Below, piece by piece: positions 61,901 through 63,268 of a stretch of 63,268 nucleotides of DNA. Source of the DNA: Camelus ferus (taxonomy: Eukaryota); the NCBI RefSeq assembly GCF_009834535.1, contig NC_045696.1, positions 122,390,001-122,453,268 of the forward strand. Reading direction: 5' to 3'. A model generated the notes under the pieces. That model saw only the letters and a list, made by a program, of their open reading frames with translations, was not told where the DNA came from and did not search any database. Position 1 is the first letter of the stretch. Every line of letters begins with the position of its first letter. The position numbers and the translations under genes are program-made.

Positions 61901-63170
61901 ACCGTGGAAAACTGTATGGAGAGTCCTCAAAAGACTAGGAATAGATGACTGGATAAAGAAGATGTGGTATATTTATACAATGGAATACTACTCAGCCATA
62001 AAAAGTGACAACATAATGCCATTAGCAGTAACATGGGTGCTCCTGGAGAATGCCATTCTAAGTGAAGTAAGCCAGAAAGAGAAAGAAAAATACCATATGA
62101 GATCGCTCATATGTGGAATGTAAAATAAATAAATAAATAAACAAACAAAGCATAAAACAAAACAGAAATAGACTCACAGACATAGAATATAAACTTGTGG
62201 TTGCCAAGGGGACAGGGGGTGGGAAGAGATAGCCTGGGATTTCAAAATTGTAGAATAGATAAACAAGATTATACTGTATAGCACAGGGAAATATATACAA
62301 GATCTTATGGTAGCTCACAGAGAAAAAATTTTACAATGAATATATGTATGTTCATATATAACTGAAAAATTGTGTTCTACACTGGAATTTGACAAAACAT
62401 TGCAAAATGATTATAAATCAATAAAAATGTTAAAAAAATTTGCATTGTACTAACTTTTAATGTTATGTACTGTAGATTTGTGGTAAGTCTCATTGGTCTA
62501 TTGTGTCATTTAAGATCACTATTTTCTTATTAATTTTCCATCTGATGTAAGTGAAGAATCAAGTCTTCTATTATAGTATAATTGTCAATTTATCTTTTTA
62601 ATGTCCATCAATACTTACCTTAGATATTTTAATACTTCTTAATAGGATGCATATATGTTAACCTGTGTAATATCCTCTCTGATTATATGTCTTTTGTTAT
62701 CAATTTTCTATGAAAGTGTATTTTGTCTTTTGCTACTTTTGGTTTTTTGTCATTTCCTTTTTCATGGGAATTATTTCTTTCATTTCACTCTCAGACTGTT
62801 TTGTCATTTATTTGCTTTGAGGTGAATCACTAGTTGTCAGCTTATTAAATGATTTTTAATAAACTTTTAGCCATCATTGTGTTTTGATTAGAGCCTTTAG
62901 CCTATTGACAATTAGTCACTGAAAGGTATATACTTACTGCCATTTAATTTCTTATTTTCCAGTTTGTTTTTGTTGTTGTTTTGTAGTTATTCTCTGTTCA
63001 TTCATCTTGTTTTAGTTTCTCTCATTGTTGGTTGATAATCTTTTGTTATATACCTGAGTTTATTTCTTTTTGTTTTTTTTTGTGTATCTTGGGTAGGTTT
63101 TTGACTTGTGGTCACAATGGCATTCATGTAAATTGACTCATAATTGTATCTGTTTGATATAAACTAATGA
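58960..63170 (-). mobile_element. Second old antisense L1 (3' UTR through ORF2), interrupted at 61681-62437
   Basis: New 3'-end motifs (TCTATGAGTCTGTTTC...CCATGTATAAGTG) followed by collinear decayed ORF2 motifs. Confidence 0.82.
61681..62437 (+). mobile_element. Younger camelid-type L1, 5'-truncated, with an internal ORF2 deletion
   Basis: ORF 61890-62123 is the ORF2p C-terminus (WKTVWR..KRLGID/DWIKKMWYIYTMEYYSAIK...HMRSLICG). 3' UTR ends ATCAATAAAAATGTTAAAAAAA. Degenerate TSD AAAAGGATTTGTATTG / AAAAAAATTTGCATTG. Confidence 0.92.
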
Positions 63171-63175
63171 CCACT

Positions 63176-63268
63176 TGACATATAGATCAATGGAACACAA
63201 TAGAAAGCCTAGAAATAAAGTCATACAATATATTCAATTAATCTTGGGACACAAAACATAAAAAAGGA
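63176..63268 (+). mobile_element. L1 ORF2 fragment (runs off the window)
   Basis: GACATATAGATCAATGGAACACAATAGAAAGCCTAGAAATAAA (HIDQWN.IES.EI). Confidence 0.8.

Overview
Mammalian genomic DNA, most likely a camelid (inferred from the young L1 5' and 3' ends and the absence of recognisable Alu/B1/Bov-tA/PRE-1 SINEs). Four contigs are joined by three 100-N gaps. (1) 1-7669 is a ~248-bp centromere-type satellite (~31 monomers) with a ~4.95-kb 20-mer higher-order repeat and nested 8-mer and 6-mer periodicities. (2) 7770-35834 is AT-rich and holds a processed RPL32 pseudogene, old L1/MIR/MER/LTR relics, several solo LTRs and an unidentified minus-strand exon-like cluster (12.2-13.3 kb plus 21.7 kb). 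(3) 35935-54663 holds nested ERV1 remnants, a ~290-bp polypurine microsatellite, a ~3.2-kb degenerate tandem array of ~21 MIR-derived ~155-bp units each followed by its own microsatellite spacer (the most unusual feature), and the 5' half of a lineage-specific L1. (4) 54764-63268 holds the env/3' LTR end of an ERVK-like provirus inside a pile-up of nested L1s. No intact known protein-coding gene, RNA gene or CRISPR array was recognised. Repeat family names come from recalled consensus sequences and need a RepeatMasker/Dfam check.
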